Assembly: GCA_965178125.1 (NCBI GenBank)
Contig: OZ237737.1
Span: 1 to 64,000, forward strand
Length of the DNA: 64,000 nt
DNA from: Bilabrum cf. latius
Lineage: Eukaryota
Reading direction: 5' to 3'
Part shown: positions 47,182 to 60,624 of the stretch, in pieces
How the letters are laid out: each line of letters opens with the position of its first letter
How positions within the stretch are numbered: position 1 is the first letter of the stretch
Notes under the pieces: model-generated
What the model was told of the DNA's origin: nothing
Databases searched by the model: none
The model's input: the letters and a program-made list of their open reading frames with translations, nothing else
Program-made: the position numbers and the translations under genes

Positions 47182-50175
47182 TCACTCCACTCCGAGCATG
47201 CCTGCCTCGAGAGCGGCGCCCTCGTCCATGCCGTCGTCTTCGTCCTCGTCCTCGTCCTCGTCATCCGCAGCACCAGCTGCCTTCCCTTTACCCTTCCCTT
47301 TTCCCTTGCCCTTGGCAAACGCTAGACCCGCACCTTTGCCCCGCTTGGAGGCGCCTGCAGGTGCTGACTTGCCACTCACGTGCAGCCCCTGCGACCTGTG
47401 CGACCTAGAGTTGTACGCCCGCGTGAAAGCAGACTTTGACTTGCTGTCGAGCGACTGCCACATGGACTGCGCCCCGCCCAGACCCAGCTCGGGCAGCGTC
47501 TCAATGACGTCCTCCCTCGACAGGCCGTACATGTCCATGTTGTCTATGGCGCGGTGCGCGCACAGGGTGGCAGCGGCCGTCGCGGGCTGCAGCTTCTTCG
47601 CCTTCGATTTCTTCTTCCCACTCGATGCACTGCCACCAGCCGCTGCCGCCACGTCTTCCGCAGTGATGTCTCCTCGCTCGATCCCCGCCCTCGCCTCTTC
47701 GATGGCCTCCTTGCCCAGGGGCCGCAGCAGCAGCCGCAGCATCGCAGGTGCATAGTCCATGCGGACAGCGCGCAGCCCACCGGACACCCTCCCGCTCATG
47801 TGCACCGTCAGCTCGCTCAGCAGCCGGCTCCTCTTGTTGCGAGCGCTGTTGCGGCCCAGCCAGTCGGGGAAAGCGGCCTACACCCGGCCCGTGGCATACC
47901 ATCCGGCCCTCACGTTGAGTGCCGCCTGGGAGGGTAGCAGCTGCCACTGCTGCCGCTGCCTGACCTTGCAAGACACAATGTCCCCGTCGCTACAAGACTC
48001 AGCCGCCTGCGCTAGCCTCCCCAGCCTGCTCAGCGCCCCCTCGTTGCCCCTCTCCCCCAGGATGGAGCTGGGGTACGACTGCGCCACCATGAGCGGGAGC
48101 AGGTCGTAGTCCACGAAGAAGGCATCGTACCGCTCGCGCACGGTGACAGACCGAGAGAACACCGTGGGCAGCGCGGAGAATGCCGTGTGCCGCAGTGCCT
48201 CGTCCTTACTGATGGACCGCTGCTCCTCGCTGAAGTCGCGGTAGGTCAGGCGCGAGCGGGTGCGGGCCTGCATCTGCAGCATGCCGAGCACCTGCCGCAT
48301 GTCGTTGCCGCACGACTCGGCAATCTGCTCGAGAGTTACCTGATCCACCTGAAGGCCGGCCTTCTGCGCGATGGGCGCCATGGCTTTGGCGATGGCACCT
48401 TTCTGGGGACGCATGAACTTCAGGTCGAAGCAGTTGTTGGCCAATGAGCGCACGCTAGACTTCTGCCTGTCGTTGCACAGGCAAATGATCGGGGTCCTAG
48501 TCTTCTTGATGATCTGGATCAGCTCGCCGTTGCCCCCCCGATCCGATGCCCCCAGTCCGTCCACCTCATCCATGATGATCACCCGGCGAGCACCGGTCCC
48601 GGCATGCGGCCGCACGCTGCCGTCCAGCGACTTGCCGTTCCACGCCAGCACCTGGGTCCCGATCACGCTCCCCATGCGCTCCCTGAGGCCCTTCTTGGAC
48701 CTCGTGTCAGAGGCGTTCAGCTCGAAGATCTCCCGCCCACACACCTTGGCAGCCAGGTGAGCAGCCGTGGTCTTGCCGATGCCAGGCGGCCCGCTGATGA
48801 GGACCGCTCGCTTCTCGGGCTGCTCCTAGGGGCGAGCCTTGTCCACCGGTGGATTGCTCCCGTTCTTGCCGCTGGACCGCAGGTGTCTCTCATCCCAGTG
48901 CTGCAGCCAGCTCCTCAGCTTAGCAAAGTGGGTGGCGTGCCCCACCAGGTCGTCCTGGCTCCTGGGCGCGAACCGGTCCGCCCACAAGCTCTGGGAGGCA
49001 TCGGCGCGCTGGGCGGCGGAGCTTAGGCGAGACGATGACGAGGAGGACAATGCACCGCTGGCGCTAGCGGCGCTGCTAGACGAAGATGAAGAGGCTGGCT
49101 TCAGCCTCTGTTTCAAAGCCGCCTTGGCTTGTCCTCCCTTTTCGCTCTCCTATTCCTTCAAGGCTGCCGCCCTGGCGAGGATCTCCTGCATGAACCTCTC
49201 TGCCGTCCACACAGCCACATCTTTAACCTCCGCGTTGCTCCACTTGCTCCCGCTCTCCACGCTGCGGCCGTCCTCCAGCTGCGCCCCCGCCACTAGAGCC
49301 CACGTGGTGCCGCTGACTGCGTGCGACACCCGGCCCCCGTTCAGCTTGCACAGCTCCTCCAGCTCCTCCCTCCCGAGCAGGTCGTGCTCGCCCGAGAAGG
49401 CGAACCGGTCGCCGTCAAGCGCCGCGTGGTGCCCCACTTCGTCTCCTTTCTTGAAGGCCGCCAGGGCAGCATCTACCTGTGCGCGAGTCACGCCGAGCGA
49501 GTCCTCCAGGCCCTGCCGCTCGCCAGCGAACCCGGGCCGGTGGGTACTCTTCGGCTTCTTCTTGCTGCGGCTGCTGGTGCTGGTGCTGGTGCTTGCTTGG
49601 GACTTCTTGGCATCCGATCGAAGTGGCGAGCCAGCTGTTGTAGTCTATTTGGACAGGATACCGCCGGAGTTGGTCCTAGAGGGAGAGGACCGAGCGGGCT
49701 TGGGAGGCGCGGGTTCTGGCTCCAACTCGTCATCGGAGCTGTCGATTACCATCGCACTAGCCTTCTTTGTATTTGGCCCCGCAGTTTTCCTTTCTGCCTT
49801 GGTGGATGGCGGTCCGGCGGAAGCAGACGTGCGCTTTGATGCGCTTCCTCCTGCCTCAACACGGCGCTTCTTTGCCGCCGGGATCGCGGTGTCAGTCGAG
49901 GCATGCCCCGCACCCTACTCAGACATTGAAAGCAATTTACTGGGCTCTGGCACGCTCGACGCAGATACTGCCCGAGGCTAGCTGGCTTTCGCAATTTGGG
50001 CCCTCTCGGCTGGAGCAGCTGCTGGCTCGCCAAAGAACGCAGCAGCTGATACAGCCGTCTTGCTCTCCCGCGGACGCTTGCCAGTCATAGGTTTTGATTG
50101 ACCACCAGCTGGTTTCTTGGGAGATTTAGACTTTTGCCCCCCGCCGCCGCCGAAGAATGCGCGTATGTCGTTCAT
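47182..50175 (-). CDS. RFC1: Replication factor C large subunit, ~997 aa
   Basis: NDIRAFF N-terminus, BRCT domain, LWADRFAP, SGPPGIGKTT, ELNASDTRS, IIMDEVDG, DRGG, ICLCND, FPDWLGRNS. One frame with TAGs; TGA stop. Confidence 0.95.
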
Positions 50176-50420
50176 ATTCAAAATTCGGCGAATCGATTGT
50201 ACCGGCACAGGCCTACAATTCAGATTGGAATGGGTAGCTAGCGATAGGCTACTAACTAACAGCACCGCCTGTGAGTGGTGCGTCTTGGAGGCGCTACAAA
50301 TTGAATACAGAAGACCTGCGGCGGTGACGCCGGCGGTCGCCAAAGCTCGCCGGCGGTTTTAATCTTCTTCTTGAAAGTTCAACACGCTACAAAGGACCTC
50401 TTGCAAACCCCCCGCCCTAA

Positions 50421-51218
50421 TCAGTCATTTCGCGCACGTTTCGCAGGCCTGGTGTCAGCACTCTACTGAGAAACCTTAACCACTGCATGCTCCGCGTTCA
50501 CGACATTCCTGAAGTTCGCGGGACTAAGTGAAATTGACGGCATCACACCATCCTCATCTCGATCATCATCCTTTAGCTCAGACAGACTGGACAGTTCTTC
50601 CGGGAACCGTCTTCGCTTACTTGCCTTCGGTCGCTTCCACTCACCAGCTTCGGCACCATCCTCGCTCTGCTGGCTCGTATCGTCGTCCGACAGATCTGAA
50701 GCTTCTGTCTGGCTGTCGCTCTCTCCCTCGGAAGCATCGAGCGAGACCCCATCCACATCCTCGGAATCTACCCCCTTACCATTGCGCGGGTACCGCAGCC
50801 CCGCAGCCGACGCGCTGACCCTGCGTCTTTTGAAGTCCTGCACATGACTCCAGTCGTCTTCCGAGTCGTCGCTGTCTGCGAATTCCAGATGGCAGGCCTT
50901 GATGTCATGTTCTAATTCAACAAACATACTATGCCGTGCTACAGCATTCTCTCTGGAGATAGCCAGAGAAAGGTCTGAAACCCACGTGGCGACCATATTC
51001 CGCATCTTTCTTCTGTCATCTCTGGAATCGCCCAGCTTCTTCTTGATCTGCTTGGCCAGCAGTTGCAAAAAAGCTCGCCGGCGGTTGCAACCACATTTAG
51101 GAAGTTCAAGTGAGCAGTCCGACCAATTGTTCGACTCGTCCGGCTCTGAACTTATATTTGTAGAGTTGATTATATTTGCACTTACTGTAGCTTGGTTCTG
51201 ACTTGGCTGTCGACGCAT
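50421..51218 (-). CDS. Hypothetical acidic/basic protein
   Basis: 251-aa track ORF extended through one TAG to TGA at 50421; NLS-like KRRR motifs; start uncertain. Confidence 0.45.
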
Positions 51219-51265
51219 TGAACTGCCAGAGACGAACCAGAAGCAGCAAGAACGGAAGGTACGAC

Positions 51266-54200
51266 ATGTCGGGTGCGGCCACGTAGCAGCAGCAAATAAG
51301 CAGCGAAGCAGCGCGATAGTGAGCCAAATTCATCTAAGTCGTATGTAGTATTGTACTGGAGAGGTTCAATGGTGAATCATCTGTCAAGTTTGCTATGATA
51401 TCTACTCGCAGGAGGCTGCGAAAGCGTGTTGATGAACTCGTGCAATTGGGCATGTCCAGGCAAGCCGCTACGCGGGAAGTTATTTTGGAGATATAGAGAG
51501 CACGTACTCGGCAGGCTTTGTCGGGCTCTGCCGGCTCACCGTCAAGTCCAAGAGGTCCAGCTGGAGCGACCGCAGCATCACCCACAACCGGATCTAGCAG
51601 CAGGCCTCAGGAATCAGCGGGTGCAGCGCCTGCAGCTGCCAGCGAATCTCAATTAGCAGTCTAGAACGCCTCGTTCAACGTTGCCCCAGCTGCACCAGGC
51701 GCGCAATCACCGCCTGCACATCGACCACGAGCAGCATCGGCTGAGCAGGCAGAGGGCGCCGATGCCGAAGACGATTTTGATGCAGACATGGCGTTTGCCA
51801 TCGAAGCGTCTCTAGCAGAGTCTCACTCGCCGTCTAGCGGTGAGGCTGGTTCACGCGCTCGAGCTTCTGGTCCGGGTGGTCAGAGTGAGCACCCGGTGCG
51901 TGGCGCCGCCAGTGGAGGTGTGGAAGATTTCGACAGTGGGGTTGAGGGGGACGATGACGAGGACGAGGACGAGGACGAGGAAGGGGCTGGGGATGGGGAA
52001 CACATGGGTGATCACGGCGTGATGTTCGAAGTAGAGGGGGCGGGTGGCGAGGACGATGGTGGCGGCGCGGGCGAGGAGGGAGGGGGAGGGGGAGGGGGAG
52101 GACCGCTGGCTCCTGGGGTGGCTGCTGTGGACCTGTCTCGCCTGCTGCAGGGCTTCATGGGCGACGTGCATGTACCGGGACATGCGCAGGAGCACGGGGC
52201 GCAAGCGGGGCAGGCGGCTGGAGGGGATGGTGGACCAAGCAGCGGGAGTGGCTGCGGGGATGCAGGGGCCGCTGGCAGGATGCCGGGCGGCATGCCGGGG
52301 ATCCCGGGGATGCCCATGTTGGGCATGGGCGGGCTGGCGCAGGCTTTGGCGCATAGAATGGGGAGAGCAGGCGCAGGTGCAGGTGCAGGTGCAGGTGCAG
52401 GTGCAGGTGCAGGTGCAGGTGCAGGTGCAGGTGCAGGTGCAGGTGCAGGTGCAGGCGGTAGGCGAAGGAGCGGTGGCTCCTCTGCAGCCGCTGCCGCTGC
52501 CGCCCCCCAGCGGTCCAAGGAAGACGCGGACCTCCGCAGCATCAGGTCGGTCGCTTAGGGAGCGGCTGCCAGCAAGGCAGTGCGCCCCACCGTAGCCCAG
52601 CTCAAGGAAGGCCTCACCATAGAGCGGGCACAAGAGCTGTTCAGCACCTGTCGCGCGGTGGCAGAGGCCAGCAAGGACGCGAGCCAGGGCGTGTATTGGC
52701 GGCCTCTCGTGCAGGCGATCGGGCGGGTGTTCGGGAGCCCAGACGCGCTGGCTGGGAGCTTTCTGCTGCGGGCCGAGTGTGAAGGCAGGCAGGAAGAGCC
52801 CCAGCACGAAGGGGCCATGGCGCAGCAACTCATGATTCTGTCCAAGCGAGCAGACGCTCGCGCCACCCTCAGGAAAGTGGGCATGTCTCCCACGATCGGG
52901 GGCAAGCCGCAGTCAGCCCCTTCGATGCCTCACAGCCTTGAGGCACTGCCTTCAAGTGCATTGGGAAGGCTGCAGGACTCGGAGTCCATCCAGGAGGTCA
53001 TCAGCCCCGTGGCTACAGGATCATCCTCCCAGCCCAGCGCATCATCGGCGGCAGCTGCCAAGGAGGCCAAGGAGGCCAATGAGGGGCAGGCCCCCATGGA
53101 AGGCAGCGCGGCCGGGGACCCAGAAGCACCCACTGAAGCGAGTGCGGGTGCTATTTCATCGTTGTCCTCTCCCTCTTCCTCGATGCCTTCATCGTCATCG
53201 TCGTCCTCTTCGTCGTCCACTGCCGAGGCCACGAAACCCGAGGGTGTCGGTGCCAGTTCTTCGGCAGCAAGTGGCGCCGGCGCGACCAAAGAGGACACCG
53301 AGTGGGCAGGGACCAGCATGCTTCGCAGCGGAATTGACGTCGCAGCGCTCATGGACTTCTACGATAACGTCTGCAGCTGCCCTTGCCAGGCAGTCCCTAA
53401 TGGGCTTGCCTACGCGCTTGAGCACAGTATCCAGGAACTGTCCCGGACGATGAAGCGCGAGCCCAAGGCGGCTGCAGGGAGCGAAGAGGCTGCCGACACT
53501 CTCGGCAAGTATCGTGCCCTCTGGATCCTGTTCCTGTGCCCCCTGCTGCTGGATCCAGAACACGCAGAGACAATCAATATCCCGCTCTATTCGCTCATGC
53601 TGTCCAGCGAGCACTGCAAGGACACCCTGGCTCTGTGGGCCTCGAGGCTGCCCCACCGGGCCATGCGGCACTGCGTGGGAGTGATGCAGTAGTCGCTGAC
53701 TGTGCCGCTGCTGACCGGGCAGCAGCTGACGATCCACGACGTGAACGAGCCTGTACAGGTGCTTAACCTGCTCAACCTGGGTAACGTGCTGCACCAGGAG
53801 CGCCACGGAGACATGGTCGTGGAGACGGACGAGTTCTACAACGAGGCCGTGTCCACGCACGTGAGCCTCGAGGACGACTACCGCAGGTGGCGAGCGATCC
53901 GCGCTGGCGAGAAGACCTTCGCTTTCTTGACGTACCCCTTCATCTTCGACGCCGCGGCCAAGTTCGAGCTGCTCAAGGCGGACGCGCGCAGGCAGATGGT
54001 GCGGCAGGCCCACCGCAGCATGGCCCACCTGTCCAGCCCGTACCTGACGCTGGAGGTGCGCCGGGACAGCGTGCTGGAGGATTCCATGAACCAGATCATG
54101 CAGCAGACGCAGGTGCTCAAGAAGCCCCTCAAGGTGAAGTTCCTGGGAGAGGACGGCGTGGACGAGGGCGGTGTGCGCCGGGAGTGGTTCCTGCTGATGG

Positions 54201-55090
54201 CCAGGGAGCTCTTCGTGACCAAGTACGGCATGTTCCGGGAGGAGCAGGAGACCAACGTGCTCTGGTTCAACCACGACTCGCCCCAGTCGCCCAGGCAGTG
54301 GGAAATCGCAGGCTCGCTCGTGGGTCTGGCTGTCTACAACAGCGTGCTGCTGGACGTGTCGTTCCCCCGCGTTGTGTACCGCATGCTACTGGGGCAGGAC
54401 CCCACGCTGGCGGACCTGGCGCAGTTCAGACCCGAGACCGCGCGGGGGCTGCAGAGCCTGCTTGACTACGACGGGGAAGACGAAGAGGACGTGTTCTGCC
54501 TGGATTTCTCCGCGGTGTACGAGTCTTGGGGGCAGCGGCGGGAGCACGACCTCATCCCGGGCGGGTCTGGCGTGGAGGTGACGCACCAGAACAAGCAGCA
54601 GTACGTAGATCTGTACGTGCGGTGGGCCCTCGTGGACCACGTGAAGAAGCAGTTTGACGCCTTCCGCAAGGGCTTCATGCAGGTGGCATCGAGCGACGTG
54701 CTGCTGCTCATCCGCGCAGAGGAGCTCGAGCAGCTGGCAGTGGGCAGCAAGGCGCTGGACTTCGAGGCGCTGCGGAAAGCTGCCAGGTATGAGGACGGCT
54801 TCGAGGCGGACTCAACTGAGATGCAGTGGCTGTGGGAGGCGGTGGATTCGTTCACTCCCGAGGAGCAGAAGAAATTTTTGCAGTTCGCCACGGGCACTGA
54901 CAGGGCCCCCATCCGAGGGCTGGGCAGCCTCGACTTTGTCATCTCCTGCGCGGGAGCAGACTCGGACCGCTTGCCCTCCGCGCACACGTGCTTCAACCAC
55001 CTGTTAGTGCCACGGTATTCGAGCAAAGAGAAGCTCACGGCCAAGCTCAGGGCTGCCATTGCCGAGAGTGAGGGGTTCGGTTTGATGTGA
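51266..55090 (+). CDS. HECT E3 ubiquitin ligase (UBE3A/HERC4-like HECT domain); probable intron 51319-51411
   Basis: FYNEAV, FLTYPFIF, KKPLKVKFLGEDGVDEGGVRREWF, RLPSAHTCFNHL, C-terminal EGFGLM then TGA. UIM-like DADMAFAIEASL. Confidence 0.93.
52367..52456 (+). repeat. (GCAGGT)n coding hexamer repeat (poly Ala-Gly)
   Basis: Direct inspection. Confidence 0.95.
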
Positions 55091-55198
55091 CGAGCCAGCG
55101 CCGTCACCTTTTTGATTGTAGAGTAGAGCACTATGATCAAGCATGCATGTTGATGTGGATATAGTTCGCCCAAGACCACTTGCCACCCCGTGGCTCCC

Positions 55199-57772
55199 TC
55201 AGTCGTCCTCGTCCGCCACGCGCGCCACCATCTCGTTGACGTACGCTCCGATCAGCTCGTTGACGGCCGCGCTCTGGTCCGTCTGGAAGAAATGCTTGGT
55301 CTGCTTGATGAGGTTGCCGTGGTGGATCTCCACGGATCGTGGGGCCCTTCCCCACATAGGAATCTCGGCATAGGACCACTCGACCTTCTTCTGCTTGGTC
55401 TCAGGGTCGATGATCATGATGCCCCGCGGGTTGATGGCCAGGAAGCAGTTGTCCACCGCCAGGTCGAACTGAGCGGGGTTCTTGGGCCTTACCATGAAGA
55501 AGGAAGACCCGTAGATGGCCCACGACTTGACATAGTCCAGGTACTCCTTGCGGCACTGGGAGGGCGGCTTCTCATTGTGCTTGGCCACCTCCTTGTTGAG
55601 CTCGGCCAGGTACTCCTTGGCGCGAGACGACTCCACGAGCGACTGCTTGATGTATCGCCCCAGGTCCTTGAGCTCCACTGTCTGGTTGGGGTGCTCGGCC
55701 TGCCTCTGCAGGGCCCCCAGCCGGATCACGTCCTCGTCGATGCACGGGTAGCGGTCGCACACCACGTCGTACACGGCCTGGGTGTACATGAGCCGCTGGG
55801 CGGCCTCGTCCACCTTGGGCTTGTTCTTGATGCTAAAATAGTGCTTCACCTTGAAGACCAGCCGGAAGGACGCCGAGTCCGCTCCCTTCTTCCCGTCCCT
55901 CTGCTTTTCCTCGTCAAAGAGCCGCTGCCAGGCAGCCACCGCGTCCATCACGCGCTCCTTCTCGTCCAGGCAGCGCTCGCCCTCCGTGTCGTGCACCTCA
56001 AACACGGCGAAGCCCCTCGAGTTGTCGGGCTCAAGGCCCTGGATCTCCGCCATCATGGCCTTCAGCTCTGCCGACGTGGTCATGGAGGTGCATGGGAGCA
56101 TCTCGTATGACCCGTCCAGCATGTAGAGCCTCACGAGGGCGGGCAGCAGCTGCTTGGTGCTCTCGATCTCCATCGAGGGGGGCACCTCTCGGCGGGGCTT
56201 CATAGTGGCGCTGCGGTCTAGCCTCGAGAGGGCGAACTTGGCGTAGTCGTAGGCGGTGGGCTGGAAGGGCTTGCCGGGGGTCTCGGTGGCCTGCGGGTGG
56301 GGGTGGCGCGAGAGAGCGGTAGGAAGCCTCGGTGGTGGTAGGAGGAGAAAAAGAGCGGCATTACATGATCTATCTACTCACGATGGCACCGCTCATGTAG
56401 GACCTGAGGTAGGGGAGCAGGTCCGAGCCGGGCATGATGCTGCCTGCCAGCACGCTCAGCAGCTGCCACCCGTTGAGCACAGAGTTGGGGTCGGGGTTGT
56501 TGGTGGTCTGCTTGATGACCTGGATGTAGCACTCGTCTCTGAGCTCCTGCGGGGAATCCATGAGCACCTTGAGGATCTTCTCAGCGTGCCCCCCGCCCTC
56601 CTTGCTCGTGGACCGGTCCCCCATAAAGCCCAGCACGTTGCGGAAGAGCTGCACCGCCACCTCGTCCAGCTTGGAGTCGGCCATCTGCAGCAGCGGCTTG
56701 GAGATGTTGTCCTTCTTCCACGAGAGCAGCTTGGCCATCGTGGTCCGGCCCCCGAAGATGCCCTTCCTATTGAGGTTGCAGTAGTCCTCGGCGTACTCCT
56801 CCATGTTCTTGCGCTCCACCTCCTGGGGCTCTGGAAGATTGAGCATGCTCACGATGGTCAGCTTGCGGAGCCGCTCCTCTTCCTCGCGCATCTCCTCGGC
56901 CTCCGCTGCGGCCTCCTCCGCCTCCTTCTTGGCTCGAGCCGCCTCCTCCTTGGCCTTCTTGGCTCGGATGCGACGGAGCTTCTCGAAGCGCTCCCTCCTG
57001 AAGTTGACCGTCTTGACCGCCTGCTTAGTGCCCTCCTCCAACATGCGCTTCCACATGAGGCGAGCCTTGCTTGCCATGCCACCGGCACCCGCGCCCGATG
57101 CAGCTGCTGCCGGTGCTGGGGCAGGGGCGGCCACAATTGCAGCGGCAGGGGCCGGAGCAGGGGCCGCCGCGGCAGGAGCCGGAGCAGCTGCACCGCCCGC
57201 GGCGGCGGCGGCGGCGGCGGGGGCAGGGGCCGAGCCCTCGGTCGCTTTTTGGTTCATGAACTCAACGATTTCCTTGGGTACGCTCCAGTCGGTGGACTCC
57301 CCCTTGAAGAAGTACTGCTTGCCAGAGGACGGGTCCTTGGCGGCGGCCCATCCGCCAGCGCTAACATCATCAGGAATCACGCTGCGAGCAAGGCAGCTTC
57401 AATGACAATAATAATTGACATACGTTGCATTTGTTTTGTGTATGCATCCGCAAGATCAGCAAGGTCTGCTGCTTGAGCACTGCTGATTGCTGTTGCCGCT
57501 GGTTCGACTCATCCTCGAAAGGCACTCACACATCTGCCGGCCACTCCCATTGAGTTGCCCCATCTTTAGTGTAGTAATATTTGGACTGGGAGGGGTCAAA
57601 CACTGCCTGCCAGCCACTGCCGATATCGAGAGGACTGCGAGTGGCGCGGCACAGACAAGAGGTCATGCGGGAGAGGTACAACAGGAGGCTTGATCACTAG
57701 ATCCTAACGATTGCGCAGCAGCAATACAGACCGATAGAGTATAAGAATATATCAAGCTTCTCACGCCGCCAT
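55199..57772 (-). CDS. WW-WW-MyTH4-FERM protein; exons ~57772-57765, 57634-57530, 57381-56382, 56290-55199
   Basis: GWQAVFDPSQSKYYY..GATQWEWP and GWAAAKDPSSGKQYF..ESTDWSVP (WW); LFRNVLGFMGD, ELRDECYIQVIKQTTNNP..GWQLL (MyTH4); RLVFK, YGSSFF, LAINPRGI (FERM). Confidence 0.85.
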
Positions 57773-57934
57773 ATGTAGACTCTTTGTGCAGTGTTTGGGG
57801 GAATCGGATGACTCGAGCGCGAGCTGTTGTCCCCAAATTTGCTAGGGATTCAGGTTTCGTTATATCAGATTTTCTTGGTGGCGCTGAGCGCGAGTCGATG
57901 TCCCACACGACGCAGCGGCAAAAAGCACCGCAGG

Positions 57935-58900
57935 ATGGCAGTCTCCGACAAGAACTTGAGGAGGAATCTTACGATCGACCAGAAGGCGGAATTCACTGAC
58001 GGTGAGTGGTGCGGAGCTTGCTCAACCGCACTATGCGGCATCAAGCAGCAATTCGACTTTACAAGCAGAGAATTCATCGGACTCGACAAATTTGCAAAAG
58101 TTTGGTTGTAAAGCAAAAAAGAAGCAAACGATTGTCGCACTGCAGTGCCCGGTTGATGTTGCGTTCGTGCTGCGCGTGCCACAAGAGTCCACCCCCCGAC
58201 GCTGCGATGTACCAGCCATCTGTTGTGCCGCAGCGTTCAATGCTATTGATACCGATGGTTCCGGAAAGATAGACACGGGCGAGGTTAAGCAGGGACTCAC
58301 AATGTGTGGCATGGTGAGTTGAAAATGCGTCTATCGATTGCAATGCCTGCCTGCTGCGCAGTTGCCGTACCGATGCAGGGTGCCTGGCAGCTTGTTCGTC
58401 TTTTCGTTACTTGCCTGATGTACACTCGAGCATTCGCGCGTATTCTTGCAGCGACCAACGGAAGAAGAAGTGAGGGATCTCATCAACAGGTTCGACGTGA
58501 ACGGGGACGGCGAGCTCGAGCTCTTCGAGTGGCTGGAGATGGCCGCGATCATGTTCCTGGGAGCCGACGACTCTGAGGAAATGAACGAACTGTTTAAGGT
58601 AAGCGGGCGCTTCATGCTACGCACTCCACACAAGTGTTGACTTGCCACCGCAGCGTCTTGCGGCACTGAGTACTTTCAACCAATCGCCCCTCGCAGCTTT
58701 TCTCGGACCGTGACACCAATACCGTGACCCCTGATTCACTATATAAAGCCATGAACAGGTTTTTGAAGGGACAGGCTATCACCATGGATGATGCAGAAGA
58801 GCTCATTCGGGAGTCTGGCGTCGAACTGGCGGATGGTTGCATCCCAGTGCAGTCATTTGAGAAGATTGTGCGCCAGCTGAACATCAAGCTGAAGATCTGA
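57935..58900 (+). CDS. Calmodulin/centrin-like EF-hand protein, 4 exons
   Basis: LTIDQKAEFTD|AFNAIDTDGSGKIDTGE...|RPTEEEVRDLINRFDVNGDGELELFE...; GT-AG introns; TGA at 58898. Confidence 0.82.
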
Positions 58901-59097
58901 GCGAAAGTCGTATGATCACCCTTGCGTGCTTGTTAGATATAGCAATAAACCCACGGCTTCGCCGACCAAACAATAATGCGACCATTATTGCACAGTCACG
59001 AGGCATTTTTTCATGTCTGCGAGCTCCGATCGATCGAAGCAACGCATCAAAACGGCGAGCCTTTTAATCGTGCATATTCGAAGATCACTACGTTAAG

Positions 59098-60322
59098 ATG
59101 CTGACTAAATTCGCCGCTATGTTTGCTATTGTTGCTACCAGTGCGTTTGCCGCGTGCCCGAACAGCTGCAGCGGCCATGGAAAGTGCGATGGCAACGACA
59201 AGGTAAGCTCCGTTGCGATGTCTCATCCAAGAATCTTAGAGCGCGAGTATTCACCATGGCCGTGCAGGACTTCATTGGCTGTTTCTTTACGACAAATTAT
59301 CACGGGTAGACCGATTGCACACCCACCGGAAGCGGCCCTGGAAGGGCAGCCGAGGCAACGCCCCCCAAACTGGAGAGGTGCATCTCCCGTCAATGCATTG
59401 ATGGATCCTATCACTCATATTTGGCGATCATATTGTTCCTGTTTATCGCAGTGCACCTGCTACAACCGCAAGGATGGTATCGTGGACGCCGAGGGCCGGA
59501 CCGTGCCCGCTTGGGTCGCACCTGACTGCTCCGAGAGGACTTGCCCGTACTCTGCCGCGTGGATCGACGACCCTTCCGCTGACAACACCGCTCATCGAAT
59601 GGCCGAGTGCTCCAACGCCGGAACCTGCGACCGTGCTTCTGGCGAGTGCCAGTGCTACGCCGGCTACACCGGTGAGAAGTCCGTCGAGGCGTTGAACGGA
59701 CACCGTGTCAGCTTGCCACGCCTGCCAGTCCTGCTCGGCCGCTCGCATGCACCTGCAACATATGCGCGATTCAAAGAAATCGAGCACTCTCTGAATGGGC
59801 TGCTCCTCCCCCTCCTCCTATCGATGAAGCCAAGCCCCGGTTCGTCCAGCTGCAGCACCCGCCTCAACTCACCTCCACCCCCCTCGCTTGCCCTTGTCCT
59901 TCTCTCTCGCTCTTTCACTCGCAGGCCGGGCATGCGACCGCACCTCGTGCCCTAGCGACTGCTCCGGACACGGCACCTGCCAGAGCCTCAAGCAGTTCTA
60001 CGTGGACCACCAGGAGGAGGCAGACAGCAGGGAGGGGGGAGGCGTCACGCTGGCATACTCCACGGCCTGGGACGCGACCAAGATGTTCGGATGCAAGTGC
60101 GAGCTGGGGTACCGCGGGCCCGACTGCGCCCAGCGCGAGTGTCCCTCCGGGGCTGACCCCCAGGGCGGGCCCGACGGGGATGGGTTCGTGTACTCTGGCA
60201 CGGGGCACGTGGAGTACAGGGACTGCTCGGGCCGGGGCACCTGCGACTACACCACGGGGCTGTGCAACTGCTTCCGGGGTGCATATGGCGAGGACTGCGC
60301 GCTGCAGTCCGCGCTCGTGTGA
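59098..60322 (+). CDS. Secreted EGF/tenascin-repeat protein of the stramenopile Sig/tubular-mastigoneme family; exons 59098-59202, 59452-59671, 59925-60322
   Basis: Signal peptide, ACPNSCSGHG, DCSERTCP...AW.D...AH..AECSN.G.CDR..GEC.C, WDA.K..GC.C, RECPSGADP, CSGRG.CDY.TGLC.CF. Confidence 0.85.
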
Positions 60323-60624
60323 TGGTTGCGTGACAAGTGAGAGGACAGCGAGGTGCAAGCAAAGGCTGCAGGGCGATGATGTGGTGCGGCTGGATCTCCA
60401 CTCGAGGGCTTGCTCACATTGAGGGGTGTCTTGGTGGGCGGTACTCGAGCTGATTTTGATGATGCATCGCGCATGTTCAGTGTGCCTCAATCTTCGATTT
60501 CGTTTCATGACAGCTGTTTTATTTGGGTTGATAATTCAATACCACATCATCAGGGAGGCCCCGGATTTCGGACCGTGTCTCCACCAGCACGGCAATCCCA
60601 TGTAACCTCCCCCCCCTTCGGAGC

